Assembly (NCBI GenBank): GCA_964019335.1
Contig: OZ025698.1
Coordinates: 186,001 to 250,000 of the forward strand
DNA from: Diplonema japonicum
Lineage: Eukaryota; Protista; Euglenozoa: Diplonemea
Direction: 5' to 3'
DNA length: 64,000 nt
Shown: positions 47,853 through 60,529 of the stretch, in pieces
Numbering within the stretch: the stretch's first letter is position 1
How the letters are laid out: each line of letters opens with the position of its first letter
Notes under the pieces: generated by a model
Database searches by the model: none
What the model saw: the letters and a program-made list of their open reading frames with translations, nothing else
Told to the model about the DNA's origin: nothing
Made by a program: the position numbers and the translations under genes

Positions 47853-48476
47853 TAGGGGGGGTCACATGGGGGTGGTAAAGTGGGTTTTTTCAAATTCGGA
47901 AATGCAGAACACTGGAGCCACTTAAACCATGTAAAACGCCCCTTTCTCGACCAAAAAATCGATTTCCGCCCAGTACTTTTTACTTTTGGGCACCTACAAA
48001 GCATTATTTTGCATTTTTAAAACTGGTGACCACGGTTTGGTACCTGGCCTGTTGTCTCCCCTGTAGTTTCTGAGTTTTCTGAAAATTTTAGAATTTGACC
48101 ATGGTTTGTTCCACCCTTTGAACGCGGCTCTTTAGGACGCCGCTACCGTTTGAACGGCAGAGTACTCTCTTACATTGTCCTTTTGTGAACTTTTCTGTGT
48201 TTTGCGTGGCATTTCTGATGAATATCTATCATTTTCCCGAGGTTAGGATGGTAAGTTTGTTTTTGCAAATATTTCAGGTACCAGACCGTGGTCACTGTTT
48301 TTCAAGAATACAGATAAAGCATTAACAAGTGCCCAGAAATGCTCTTACCGACGAATTTTGATTTTTTGGTTAATTTGGAGGGTATTGCGCGGTTTTTTTT
48401 ACCTTAGGGGAAAGAATTTTAAAAAACTTTTTTTTCACGTTTAACTACGTTTTTTAGGACCATGTGACCCCCCCTA
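47853..48476. mobile_element. MITE, 624 bp: perfect 17-bp terminal inverted repeat TAGGGGGGGTCACATGG plus ~100-bp imperfect subterminal inverted repeat
   Basis: Left 47853-47869, right 48460-48476; internal GTGACCACGGTYTGGTACCTG inverted at ~48026 and ~48275. Confidence 0.8.
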
Positions 48477-48586
48477 CCCCCCCCCCCCCCCCCCCCAGCA
48501 CGAGGTACTTGGTGTCTTCTTCTTGTTGTCTTTCCTCTTCGTTTTTTATTTCTATTTTCCCTCATGAACACTGCACCAACAGGAGG

Positions 48587-49423
48587 ATGGTGGGGGGCGA
48601 CATGAACTTCAGCATCAATATCACCCCCCCCTACCAAGACGAGCCAGCTGCACTGGGGGTTGTGCGAATGTCACCCTCACGCAGTCCAAGCAGGTTGCCA
48701 TCTCAGCATCCACACACACCACAACCACAACTGCAGCCACAGCCCCCTGACGGAGTGGGCGACCCAGGCAAGCTGAGAGACCTATATGAGAAGTTCTTGA
48801 AGTACCAGAAAAAGATGGTAGGGATGGAAGAGAGGCTGAAGGGACGGGACATTGAAGTAGCTAGGCTGAGGGAAGAGTCCTCTACAAGGGAGAGGACATT
48901 AGCTGCGACGACACAAGCGCTGAAGATGAAGGAGACGGAGTGTGAAACTATGAAGGAAGAGATAGGAAGGCTTGTGGCACAGGTGAGCACCTTAAACAAC
49001 CTGCTTGGACGTGAAAGGGAAAGGGACAAAGCCGCACTGCAGGAGAGGGAAACAGCCAGGGAGAACGAACGACGGGATATGGAGACAAGAGAACAGCTGG
49101 AAAGACATTCCAGATTGTTGAGCAATCAACAGCTACACGTTGCGAAAACAGAGCAGTCACAGACCCACCTTGCATCTCTCCTCGACGACCTCAGACAGAT
49201 TGTCTTGGACCAGGAGGTGGAGAAGGCGGCCCCACATGTCTTCACACCCACCTCCCCCAACAAGACCCTTGCCATCCCAAGGTCTGTTCTAACTGCTTTA
49301 AAAACAGCTTCACCCTTGGAGCCCTATTCTGGCGATCTAGCACCCTTTGCAAGTCTCCCGCCCGGGGACCAGACCCTCCCTACAGAACTGAAACCCATAC
49401 TCAGCCGAACCCGTGGCCATTAG
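48587..49423 (+). CDS. Hypothetical coiled-coil protein, first gene of the plus-strand cluster
   Basis: ATG after CACCAACAG; E/R/L-rich heptads. Confidence 0.7.
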   Translation: MVGGDMNFSINITPPYQDEPAALGVVRMSPSRSPSRLPSQHPHTPQPQLQPQPPDGVGDPGKLRDLYEKFLKYQKKMVGMEERLKGRDIEVARLREESSTRERTLAATTQALKMKETECETMKEEIGRLVAQVSTLNNLLGRERERDKAALQERETARENERRDMETREQLERHSRLLSNQQLHVAKTEQSQTHLASLLDDLRQIVLDQEVEKAAPHVFTPTSPNKTLAIPRSVLTALKTASPLEPYSGDLAPFASLPPGDQTLPTELKPILSRTRGH

Positions 49424-49829
49424 ATTTTTTTAAAAGGGAGCGGGTGAGAGAATGTAGACAACTGTAATTATTTTTGTTTCTTTGCTATTCCTATCCTTTC
49501 AAACACAACAGATTGAGAATGCCATGCATACGTCTTGTCTCGTAATGTGACATCAGCATCCCCCGAACACACTATTTGGAACCATGCTGTTGGAGTCAAA
49601 CGGCGGGCATTAGGTAGGAAGAAGGCGGCAGGGACAACGGGAACCACACACGTGTTACTATCGCTACGAGAAAAGCTCATTCTGTTGCATCTCCATGCCT
49701 GGAAGCATGTCAGCAGTTTGCTCCTTTCATGAACGTTCATAGCGCCCTAGCTAGGGTTGAGCTGCACACATCTTTTTTTTTTTTTTTTTATAGTTATTTG
49801 AATTCCGGTTATATCTTACACAGGAAAAT

Positions 49830-52800
49830 ATGGGCTGCAGGGAGCTATTCTTATGCCTGGCCCTTGTACACATTGTGTATGTTGACGCCTGTTGTTCTGC
49901 AGGTCAACGCAGCGACGTCGGTTGTGCACTGGGTTGCTCTGGTTGCCCCACGAATTACGCTCAAATAAGCTACTCGTCTTGTGGGTTTCTGTGGCTCGGG
50001 TGCGAAAGAGGTTGTGTATGCAACAACATTTGCCCCCCTCCTCCGACACCAGCACCCCCGACTCCTGCACCTGACACACCCGCACCTCATACTCCAGCAC
50101 CTGACACACCAGCACCTGACACACCAGCACCTGACACTCCTGCACCTGACACACCAGCACCTGATACTCCTGCACCTGACACACCTGCGCCTGACACTCC
50201 AGCACCTGACACACCCGCGCCTGACACTCCTGCACCTGACACTCCTGCACCTGACACTCCTGCCCCTGACACTCCTGCACCTGATACTCCTGCACCTGAT
50301 ACTCCTGCACCTGATACTCCTGCACCTGATACTCCTGCACCTGACACACCTGCGCCTGACACTCCAGCACCTGACACACCCGCGCCTGACACTCCTGCAC
50401 CTGACACTCCTGCACCTGACACTCCTGCACCTGACACTCCTGCACCTGACACTCCTGCACCTGATACTCCTGCACCTGATACTCCAGCACCTGATACTCC
50501 TGCACCTGACACACCTGCGCCTGACACTCCAGCACCTGACACACCCGCGCCTGACACTCCTGCACCTGATACTCCTGCACCTGACACACCAGCACCTGAT
50601 ACTCCTGCACCTGACACACCTGCGCCTGACACTCCAGCACCTGACACACCCGCACCTGATACTCCCGCGCCTGACACTCCAGCACCTGATACTCCCGCGC
50701 CGGATACACCTGCACCTGACACACCTGCGCCTGACACTCCTGCACCTGACACACCAACACCTGACACTCCAGCACCTGACACACCCGCGCCTGATACCCC
50801 TGCGCCTGCAACTAGTGCACCACCTACTCCTTCGCCTCCAACGCCCGCCCCTGCCACTGATGCGCCCCCTACTCCGGCACCTCCTACACCTGTCCCTGAC
50901 ACACTTGCACCCCCAACTCCGGCTCCTGATACACCAGCCCCTCTAACCCCAGCACCCCCAACACCAGCGCCTCCAACACCTATACCGCCTACTGATGCAC
51001 CTGACACACCAGCACCACCCACCCCCGCGCCAATTACTCAGGCCCCACCCACCCTTGCACCTCCAACACCTGCCCCAGCGACTCAAGCACCACCAACTCC
51101 AGCACCTCCTACTCCAGCCCCTCCTACCCTTGTTCCTCCTACTCCTGCTCCACCAACTCCAGCCCCCCCTACACCAGTTCCTCCAACTCCCGCCCCACCA
51201 ACTCCAGCACCACCCACGTCGGCACCTCCAACTCTTGCGCCGCCAACACAAGCACCACCGACACCCACACCATGTCCATGCATGAATGGTGAGTGCATAC
51301 CAGGCACCGATCCCTGGCTGTGTAGGTGTTATCGCAACACAGTGCAAGGCTTTTGGGGGGGTATGTCAAAAAGGAAAATTAAAGGAATTAGAGCATTAAA
51401 CGACAGGTACTTTCTGCGATGACTGTATGAATGGCTACTGGGGTGCCGGGTGCACGTCAGCTTGCAAAGACAACCCATGTCATCCGTGTAACGGGCATGG
51501 AATTTGCTCGGATGGGTTGAGTGGAAACGGGTTGTGTACGTGTTCCACAGGAACCAAAGGCAACTGGATAGGGGAAGCTTGTGCAAACTGCGTAGCCGGA
51601 TGGGCAGGAACGAACTGCAAGCAGCAATGCCCAAACTGCCAAAGAGGTATCTGCCACGACGGGAGAACAGGCACAGGAGAGTGCGTCTGTGAGGCCGGGT
51701 GGGCTGGCGCCCTCTGCGATGCATGCAGTGGAACTTACATCAAAGTAGATGTGATGGGAGTGATCGAGTGCCAGTCCCGTTGCCCCGGATACTCGAAACA
51801 GAAGGGAGAATGCAGCGGGAATGGCATCTGTGTGGGCGTGGACTGCACATGCAGCCCGACATATTGGGGTGCTGATTGTTCGAAGCCCTGCCCTATTGAA
51901 TGCAAGACCTGTGACGCCAGTGGCAACTGCGTGTGCCCAGGGAACCTCCTCACACCGTCATGTACGGAATGTTTGAGTGGATGGTACGGCCCCAACTGTA
52001 CCCTTCCTTGCGACTGCAATAATAACGGGCAGTGTGACTCCAACGGCATCTGCACGTGTTACCACGGGTGGGGCGGGCTAAAGTGTTCCGATCCCCAGCC
52101 AAGGATGGATAGCTGCCCGCCAGCTACTGGCTATGCTTGCTCTGGACACGGGAGGTGCTCATTGAATATGTGCACATGTGATCCACTGTATATCCGTGAT
52201 GATTGCTCAGTGGCCTGCAACTGCGGCACAAACAGCAGGTAAGCGTTTTTTTTTTTTTTTTTTTTTTTTAGGTGGTGGGGATAACATGGAAATATAAGAA
52301 GTACATCAGATGTGTTGTTCGCTGTTGACCTCCTCGTCGGTCATCACCGGTAGCGCCCGAGTGGAAGAACGTAACGCAGATGCTCAGGGTGACGAACAGG
52401 CAGCAAACTGCACGAGCGCAGAATCTTGGTTACCCGGGACGCCCCGGCTAGGGTTGAGCACACCGCACGCATTAAGGACACGACGCGGAACGCAAAAGAA
52501 GCTACAACTCGGCCGGGGAGCGCCCCCTGTAATCAAGTAGGTAGTTCGTGCTTCATTGCACGCTTAACGCCACCTAGTGTTGCAATCAAAGCCCCATTTT
52601 TTTTTTTTTTTTTTTTTTAAAGTATATACCATCACAGATGCACATTTGTGGGAGGCTGCGAGTGTGTTGGGAACTGGACGAAGGACGCTACCGGAGGATG
52701 CCTTGCTTGTTTGCCAGGGACGGCTGGCTCTGACTGCTCGTTGCCTTGTGTTAATGGAGTCACTGAGGTATGCCACCGAATCATGTAATGAACGACCACA

Positions 52801-55800
52801 GGGTACAACATGCAAGTGCGCAACACCATGGCTTGGCACATCTTGCAATGAGCTGTGTCCCGAGGGGTCTAACGGGCTGATCTGCAGCGGGAACGGTGTG
52901 TGCCCCGGTGCAGGTACAGGCTCCCTGTGTGGCTGCAACACCAACTGGTACGGCTCTGCTTGTGAAACATACTGCGATGCTGACACATGCTCTAAGACTG
53001 GATTGTTACACACACAGTGTAACCCCATCTCCGGTTTCTGCGAATGCCAGGACTCTGCAACGGGACACTGGGGAGGGAGTTCTTGCGACACCTGCGCGGC
53101 AGGGTGGTGGGGACTGCAATGTATTGATCCGTGTGAGTGCTCTGGGCATGGTCGGTGCGGACTGACCAACGGCGTCTGTGATTGTTTTAGAGATGACACC
53201 AACGGGCACTGGACAGGGTCGAGGTGCTCCAAGTGCGAGACGGGCTACACGGGGTCCACGTGCACAGTGCGCGAGGCCATCATCACACGAACTTCCATAC
53301 CGCGGGTGGTGAACAGCAACAAGACGACGTCCATTGTCCTCGACGACGAGCACCGTATTCTCTATGTCGGGTCAGACAGTGGGGGTCTGCACCTTTACAA
53401 CTACAGTGTGTGGCCACCAAGAGTGAGTTCAGTTGGTACAGCTCCTCACTACCCGGTGGGGTCGTGGGTCGACACCTCAGACGTGTTTGTGATTGACGAG
53501 GCAAGCAGCACCTCTTTCGATGTGTGGTCCATTGCACGGAACACAGACAGTGCTGTGCCTGTGATGCTTACCTCCATCGTGAAGGACGAAAATGAGACAC
53601 TTGTGGGCAGCTGCATCACGCAGGATATGTCATTCCGCCTTGCGGGTGACACGTCGTGCACTCTGTGGCACTTTGACTCCAATGCCGTTGTTGTTAAAAC
53701 AGCCACAGTACAGGAGCTGACCGCATGCACGGTGCTTGCCTGCACAGACAACGGGGCTATGCTGTGCGGTGAGAGTCAGCTAGCGGCCGGGTGGGCCTGC
53801 TACCTTCTTGATAAGAACTTCAAAACATCTTTGGTCAGCACTAACGCTACAGGCACGGTGGTCAGTGCGGCCTACAGCATGTTCGATGACGTGGCTCTCT
53901 TTTTGGTTAGCACCAGCAACAGTCTCCGTGTGAATGAGGTGTCTCTCAATGCGTCTGTGGGCCTAACGTCGAGTATCCAGATCACAAGCACGGCCCAGGG
54001 GCCAGCTGTAGTTGTGCCCGACCCCCATGCTTCATCGGCTTTCGTTTTCTGGCAGCCTAACACGTACACACCGGGAAGAGCAGCAAGGGTACAATATAGT
54101 AGTAAAGGGAGCATGCCTGTGGGTGTCAACAGTGAGATCAGCTTGAGAGCCATAGCTGGTGGTGTCTTGGAAGTGGTCACAGGCGCTGCAACCAGTGCTG
54201 CAAGGAGGTTGTTATTTGGCAGTGATGGCAGTAGTGGCGGGATATCAGCATACCTGATGCACGAAGTAATGGACACCAACCCGCGTCTGGCGGACGTGAG
54301 GGGCGGTACAGAAGTGCAGGTGTTGGGGTCCGGCTTCGGTGACAGTGCGGCAGGTGCGAAGTGCACGTTCGGCGAAGACATGCCGAACCTTGTCGACAAC
54401 CTGACTCGCGAGGTTGTGCAGTGTACCACAGGTGAAGTGGAGAACGAGCACTGCGGCAGCAGTGTGGTGCAGGTAGCACTGATGTCCACTACGGCAACTG
54501 ATGTCCCTGTGTACGTCGACTCCTCCGTGCTGATCGAAAGGTACAGCCCTCCAGACCTTGAGTCGATCTACCCTGTGCGGGGGAACTTCTACGGGCAGGT
54601 CGTAACCATCAAGGGTGCAGGGTTCAAGCCGTCGACAGTAGCTAGCTGCGTGTATTTTAACTCTTCTGTAATACCCAAGAAGAATCTGCTCCCCCCTATC
54701 GTTCGAGATGGTGACTTCATATCGCCTTGCACCGCAACGGCATGTGATGCCACGTACAGCACGGGCCCCACTGTGCATGTGCCTGCGACCGTAGTTTCAG
54801 ATCACGAAATAAGGTGCGTGCAACCCAACTTCACAGGCGACCCGCCTTTGCTGTCACTGCTGGATTTTGCTTTAGATGGCCAAGTGTACACGGGCAGGCC
54901 TTTGAAATACGAGATTCTCGGGGCGGCCATGGGGTTGCTGTCAGTGGAGAAGCTGTCCGTGCGGTCTGATGAGGGCGACGCCATGCGCATTGATGTGTAC
55001 ACTGTGGACGTGCACGAGAGGAAGCTGTTGGACAAGGACACCGAGGAGAGGAACGTGACTGCGTGCCTTGCTGAGAACAGCACTTCGACCACGTGCATGA
55101 CAACTTTAAACCAGGCTGTCGAGATCACAACAGGACGGGGTACGACTGAAGCCCTGCTCAACTGGCCAGATGTCCAGGTCCTTGTGTCTGTGCACGGGGT
55201 GACCACCTTCTACGTCTTGTTCATCGACGACAACCACGGTTGGACTTCCCTCACAACGCTGACAATCCTACACGGTACACCTGCCAAGCTACTGATCTCC
55301 GTCCAGCCAGAAGAGACCACAAACGGAATGTCGCCGCTGTCCCCTCAACCCAAGCTGCAAGTCCTCGACGCCTTCGGGTTTGTGGTTGAGGACGAAACCT
55401 ATCTGAACAGCTTGATAGTTACCGCAAGCCTGGTTCCCCCCGACCAGCCCACGTTGAACACCTTCTCAAGCGGCGCGAAGACCGGCATTGTGAGGTTTGC
55501 TGGAGTACGTCTCACCCCTAAGTTCGGGAGTGATTACTACCTCAACTTCTCCTCCACGACACACCCATCGATACCTTCTGTGCTGTCGCAGCCCATATCA
55601 GCGGCGTTGTGCCCCAACACTACTTATCAGGAAACCGGAAAGCGCCAATGCACACCGTGCCCGTCAGAAGGCGCAATCTGCAACGGCAGCACAGTGCTGC
55701 TTCCGGAAGAAGGGTACTGGCGTATCGACCCTGCGTCAACTGTTTTCTACAGATGCATCTCTAAGGGTGTATGCCTTGCTGAGAAGGACGAATGTGCTGT

Positions 55801-57400
55801 AGGGAGTGGTGGGGCTCTCTGCCAGAGTTGTGCTAAGGACTATGCTAGACCAAGATCCGGCAGAAAAGGGTGCACTGAGTGCCAGCGTAGCTGGGTAACC
55901 CTCCAGGTGTTTGCAGTGGGCACAGCGATGCTTGCCTTCATGTGTGGTGTAACGCTGTGGACTATCTCCTCGTCGCCCACCATCACCACAATGTCGACAC
56001 GGCTGTGCGTGGTGCGCATAGGGATAATATTCTTGCAGATGCTTGGCAAGATCGACGAGTATCACACACCCTTCCCCGACCCCCTCTTTAGCACACTATT
56101 CTTTTTTGGCCGTGTCAGCCTCTTCGACTTGAGCCTCTTCCAGCCCTTCAACTGCTTCATCGGCAACTACTTCCCCATCCTTGAGATCTACATCTTATGG
56201 CCTGTCATCGGAGCCATGCTCGCTGCCCTGGCATACCTCGTTGCCAAGGTTGTGGTTAAAGGGCAGACCATTTCATTTGTTAAAGTACTGGCCACGGGGC
56301 TGAGCATCTCATTCTACCTGTCGTACCCCACGCTCATCACACACCTGCTGGCGTACACCAAGTGCAACACATACCAAGGAGGCAGCGAAGACATCGAACC
56401 CTTGCACAAGCTGTGGGTTGACATGTCCATCGACTGTGGAAGCGACACCTACAAAAACAGGAAGGTGGTGGCCACTGTTATCGCCTACCTGGACGGGGTG
56501 GTGCTGCCTGTGCTGTACCTTGTCCTCTTCCCAAGGATAAAAAAATGGGGCAAAGCCGACATGCTTGTGTTCATCACAGGAGGCTACAAGGAATCGATGT
56601 GGTACTGGCCTGTGGTGGTGCTCGCAAGGGAGGGACTGGTGGTGGTACCCTCTGTATACGCCTCCGCGTGGCCCGACAGGAAGCTTCAGCACTACCTCCC
56701 AATGTGGACTTTCCAAGTGGCGCTCGTTACACAGATTATCATGCAGCCCTTTCAGACGGAGCTGGCGAATAGGCTGGAGACTCTCTCGTTGGCATGCACA
56801 ACGGTGCTGCTGAACCTATCGGTGCTGTTTCTAGTTAATGACACCCCTGCGGGTGCAGAGAGAGGACTGGCTGTGTTACTATCGATGTTGTGTTTCGTGT
56901 GTTGTTGGGTGTTCCTGTACTATTTACTGCCTTTAAGGTGGAGGTTGGTCCTGAAGAGGAAGTTCGGTTGGGAGCGGAGGAAGGTGCAGGAGAAGGGTGT
57001 GCCCCTGATACACTGCAGCATGTTGCGGCCTGAGGAGGACACGGAGCTAGAGCAGTGGAAACCGGAGGAGGATTCTCCGGACAGGCCTGTGGACAAGGCA
57101 TGCTCGTCTGCTGAATGGACCCCGCCCTCTCCTGAGGGCTCACAGCATTCACCCACAACGCAGAGCAGCGCCAACATGTCCTTTTCCGCGTCTTCGAGGA
57201 GCCAGCGGGCGAGCTTTCAGCTTGGGGGACCATCTTTCCCCCGTTCCTCTACTGCGGGTTCTTCTTCCCCCTCACCTCGATCTCGCCCGAGAGGCGCGAG
57301 TCTTGCATACCCCACAGCGAATCACAGCCCGCAGGCAAGGCTGTCCCAGTCCTTTGTCCCTAAACCAACACGTGTCCGTATCAACAGGGTCCAGCTGTGA
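49830..57400 (+). CDS. Large surface receptor-like protein: signal peptide, (PAPDT)n mucin stalk, laminin-EGF repeats, IPT/TIG domains, Cys-rich module, ~7-8 TM helices, Ser-rich tail; 3 introns
   Basis: Exons 49830-51360, 51407-52238, 52638-52767, 52802-57400 are in frame; P..ADVRGGTEVQVLGSGF IPT motif; CTPCP..A.C.G...GYWR module. Confidence 0.85.
50068..50805 (+). repeat. Coding minisatellite, ~49 x 15 bp (Pro-Ala-Pro-Asp-Thr)
   Basis: CCWGCRCCTGAYACW units. Confidence 0.95.
52270..52596 (-). mobile_element. Least-decayed family A retroposon (327 bp + poly-A) inserted in intron 2 of the receptor gene
   Basis: Flanked on both sides by T-runs; removal leaves a normal short intron GTAAGCG(T)nAAAGTATATACCATCACAG. 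Confidence 0.75.
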
Positions 57401-58357
57401 GACAGGAAAAAGACCAAAGCAAGGGGGAAAAAAAAATAAAAAAATAGAAAAGGAAGAAGAATATAATTGACAAGTCAAAATGAAAAAAAAAAACCCCAAT
57501 CAAAAAGAAGAAAACCGTTGTCTCCACCGCCGGAGGACTAAGACATTCCAAGCTGGTCCCCCCCCCCCCCCCCCCCTTCTCCTTCTCATACTTCGCGCGT
57601 TACCGTTATCAATACGTGGGCGCAGTTGAACCGATATTTTTCGGAATAAACTTCCGATGGCAGTCAAAAATTTTGTGTTGCCTCCCCCCCCTGTACACTT
57701 TTTTGATGGAACAAACAAATCTTTTCGACCTTCCCCCTCGTCAAATAAATAACGTTGTAATACGCCAAATATGAAATTTCTTCCTTTTCTTGGCACCTAG
57801 GGAAAAAGAAAATGCCTTTAGGGAACGAAGAAAAAAAAAAGGGGGAAAAAAAGGAGAGAGACCGTCATTGCCGGGTGGCATGCATTCCCGCCGCCCCTTC
57901 ATGGGCTGTCTTTATATGTTTTTTTATTTTATTTTTTTATTGTTTTATTTTTTTTATATTTCGATTTCATTAGTATTGGTAGCTGGTACTGAACCTTTTT
58001 TAAATTCTATCCCCCCCCCCCCACCCTTCCTGTGTTTTTTTTCCTTTTTCTTTTCGGCAGGACAGGAAGATTAACAACCCTTTGTTCTTAAAAAAATCAT
58101 TTTTTTTTAAAGGAGTAAGCCTTGCATTTTGCACTCATGTTTGGAGGGCCTATGTTGTATTCAGTTCAACGGCAAATTCCTCCCAACCTTCGTAAATGTG
58201 GCCTTCTGGTGTCAATGTGCTACCTCATGCACAGCTTCCCGGGATTTGTCCTTGTGGGGGGGGGGGGTAAGAATGGTCTATCCACTCAGGGCCTGTTCTG
58301 TGTGTACTGCTGGCTTGCATTCTGCCCAGGTGCCCCTGGTGTTGCTCTTGCGGAAGG

Positions 58358-58397
<40 letters not shown>

Positions 58398-58772
58398 AAG
58401 GGAAGACAATATCACTTGAGGGCAGCTTCCAAAGAAAAAAGAGAAGAAAAAAAAAAGGAAAACTGGAAGCCACGCACCACCTCAGAAAAACTGCTATATT
58501 TGTTAAAACACAATGTAGAGCAGTCTTTAAGAGGGCGATGCGCTTTAGAACTACAGAAACAATTAAAGAAAGAAGAACTACTGAGGTTCAGTTGGGGGAG
58601 GGGGATTGATTTTTTTTTCGTTCTATTCTGTTTTCCCCACAATAAAAAAAAAAAAAAAAAGCGTCTTTTTAAGTGAAAACGCAGACGAAAGAACAGGGGG
58701 AAAATAGCAGAGGAAAAAAGAAAAAAAGAAAAAGAAAAAAACCCAGCTTTTTCTTTTTCTTTTTCTAGTGTC

Positions 58773-58799
58773 TAAGGGTTGGATTGTTCACCCACTAAC

Positions 58800-58843
<44 letters not shown>

Positions 58844-58961
58844 TTACCCTACTGATGGAGAGAGAGCCCATCGGGCAGCGTATCTCAACAGCAATATGGG
58901 GTAGTACGAGAGGAACTCCCATTTCTAGTCCCTGGTATCTACGGTTGTCCGATCGGACAGT
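58773..58961 (+). rRNA. Isolated LSU (28S) rRNA fragment (H92/H93 to sarcin-ricin loop), pseudogenic
   Basis: TTGGATTGTTCACCCACTAACAGGGAACGTGAGCTGGGTTTAGACCGTCGTGAGACAGGTTGGTTTTACCCTACTGATG and AGTACGAGAGGAAC; no flanking rRNA. Confidence 0.92.
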
Positions 58962-60306
58962 GTGATGTATAAAACATTTGCGGCCCATTACTCAAACCAA
59001 AGGGGGGCATTCCTTTTGCTTGGTGCACGCCCCCCCCCCCCCCCCCCCCCACACACACACACGGTTGAGTAACTAGAGTGCCTTGATGGTGGTTGTACTA
59101 GTTTTGTTTTTCTCTCGCTTGTCCTTTTCTATTCTAAATAGCAAGCGGGGGGCTTTCCTCTTTAGGTAGTAGTGATCCCTTATTCGAGCGTGTCTCCTAT
59201 TCTATTGGAAACTTTCGGCCCATGGGAAGCCTGTGGTGTTGATTTTCAGCCTTTAAAATGCCCTTGTTTTCTTTGCTTCACTTTCTGTTTTTTTTTTTTT
59301 CCCCCTTCTTTCTTCTTCTGAGGGGAGGGAAAGAAAGAGGTGTTTAGCAACCAAGAAAAGAGAAGAAAAAGAAGGAGAAAAGAAAAAAAAAAAGAAAAAA
59401 AAAAAAAAAAAAACCCATCACAATCCCCGCCAACCTACCTCTTCCTTTTTTTTTTTTTTTTTTTTTTTTTTGAAAAGTTGAGAATCACGATTTCCTGATT
59501 CGTTTTTCCCTCTTTTTTTTTTCCCTTCAAATATCCCCTCTTTTTTTTTTGAAAACAATATTAAAAGGGGGTGAACTGAAAGAAGAAAAAAAAAAGAAAA
59601 AAAAAGGAAGAGGTGGAGAAGAGGGGGGGAAAAAAAAAGAGGGAATCGCTAAGATTTATTCACAGAAACATTCATCAAAACCACAACCAAACAAAAGTTT
59701 TTGCTTCCCCCCCCCCCCCCCCCCCCCCCTCTAGTATCCCTATTTCATGCCTTGTGAGGGCATGCCCCCCCCCCCCCCCCCCCCTCCCTCATCACACCTA
59801 ACTAGAATCACGTATCACTTGGAGCAGTGTGATGCTTATACATGGCACACGGGGAGGCTAATAACAACAGGCATCACCCATGGCTGCCTGTTGCCTATTC
59901 TTCTTCTTCTCTCCTCAGTTCGTTTGTCCCCTCTGCTGCCTGTGGGCGGTACGGAAAACGTAGTTTAACTTGCCCATCCTTTACTCTGGGCTTTCTTTTT
60001 TTCCGTTTTTTTTCCCCCCTCCTTCTTCTTTCTTTTCCTTTCTTTACTGTCTTATTCCTTCCCCTTCCCTTCTGTTCAGTCGTTCTGGAATGTTCCAAAA
60101 AAATATTTTTTTTTAAATTCTTATTCCCCCCCCCCCCCCCCCCCTTCAGAGAGCTGCCATGCATGGGGTATTTACCTTTGGGATCGGATTAACTTTATTT
60201 GCCACCAGACAACTTGGGTGAGTCGCAGGGTGCAGCACCGACCAGCTACCTTGTCCTTGTGACTCAATTTTGACTGGAAGACTCAACACACATATATATA
60301 TATATT

Positions 60307-60412
60307 GCGACATGATGACACACCCCATCCGACAAGCTTTAGAGGGGAGACCCTGCTTCTGCTGATGTGTCGTGACCACAACAACAACAACCGATTTAAT
60401 GAGCCTGATCAC
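60307..60412 (+). ncRNA. Box C/D snoRNA, SNORD57/snR51-like (18S Am99/Am100 guide), copy 1
   Basis: C box ATGATGA 60312, D' CTGA 60362, guide GATTTAATGAGC + D box CTGA 60405; guide complementary to 18S GCUCAUUAAAUC. Confidence 0.8.
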
Positions 60413-60529
60413 ATTATTTAGAGAAAACCAGACAACTTGGGTGAGTCGCAGGGTGCAGCACCGACCAGCTTCCTTGTCCTTGTGACTCAATTTTGACTGG
60501 AAGACTCAACACACATATATATATATATT

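Larger units (their letters stand above)
42627..48586. promoter_or_regulatory. Divergent strand-switch region between two directional gene clusters, filled with repeats
   Basis: All genes to the left are minus, all to the right plus; no intact host gene inside. Confidence 0.7.

Noticed and set aside
49816-51022. Long ORFs GAGVS-, QVQEC- and LHLT-repeat
   Set aside because: Alternative frames of the 15-bp PAPDT minisatellite; only the PAPDT frame has a signal peptide and joins the EGF exons.
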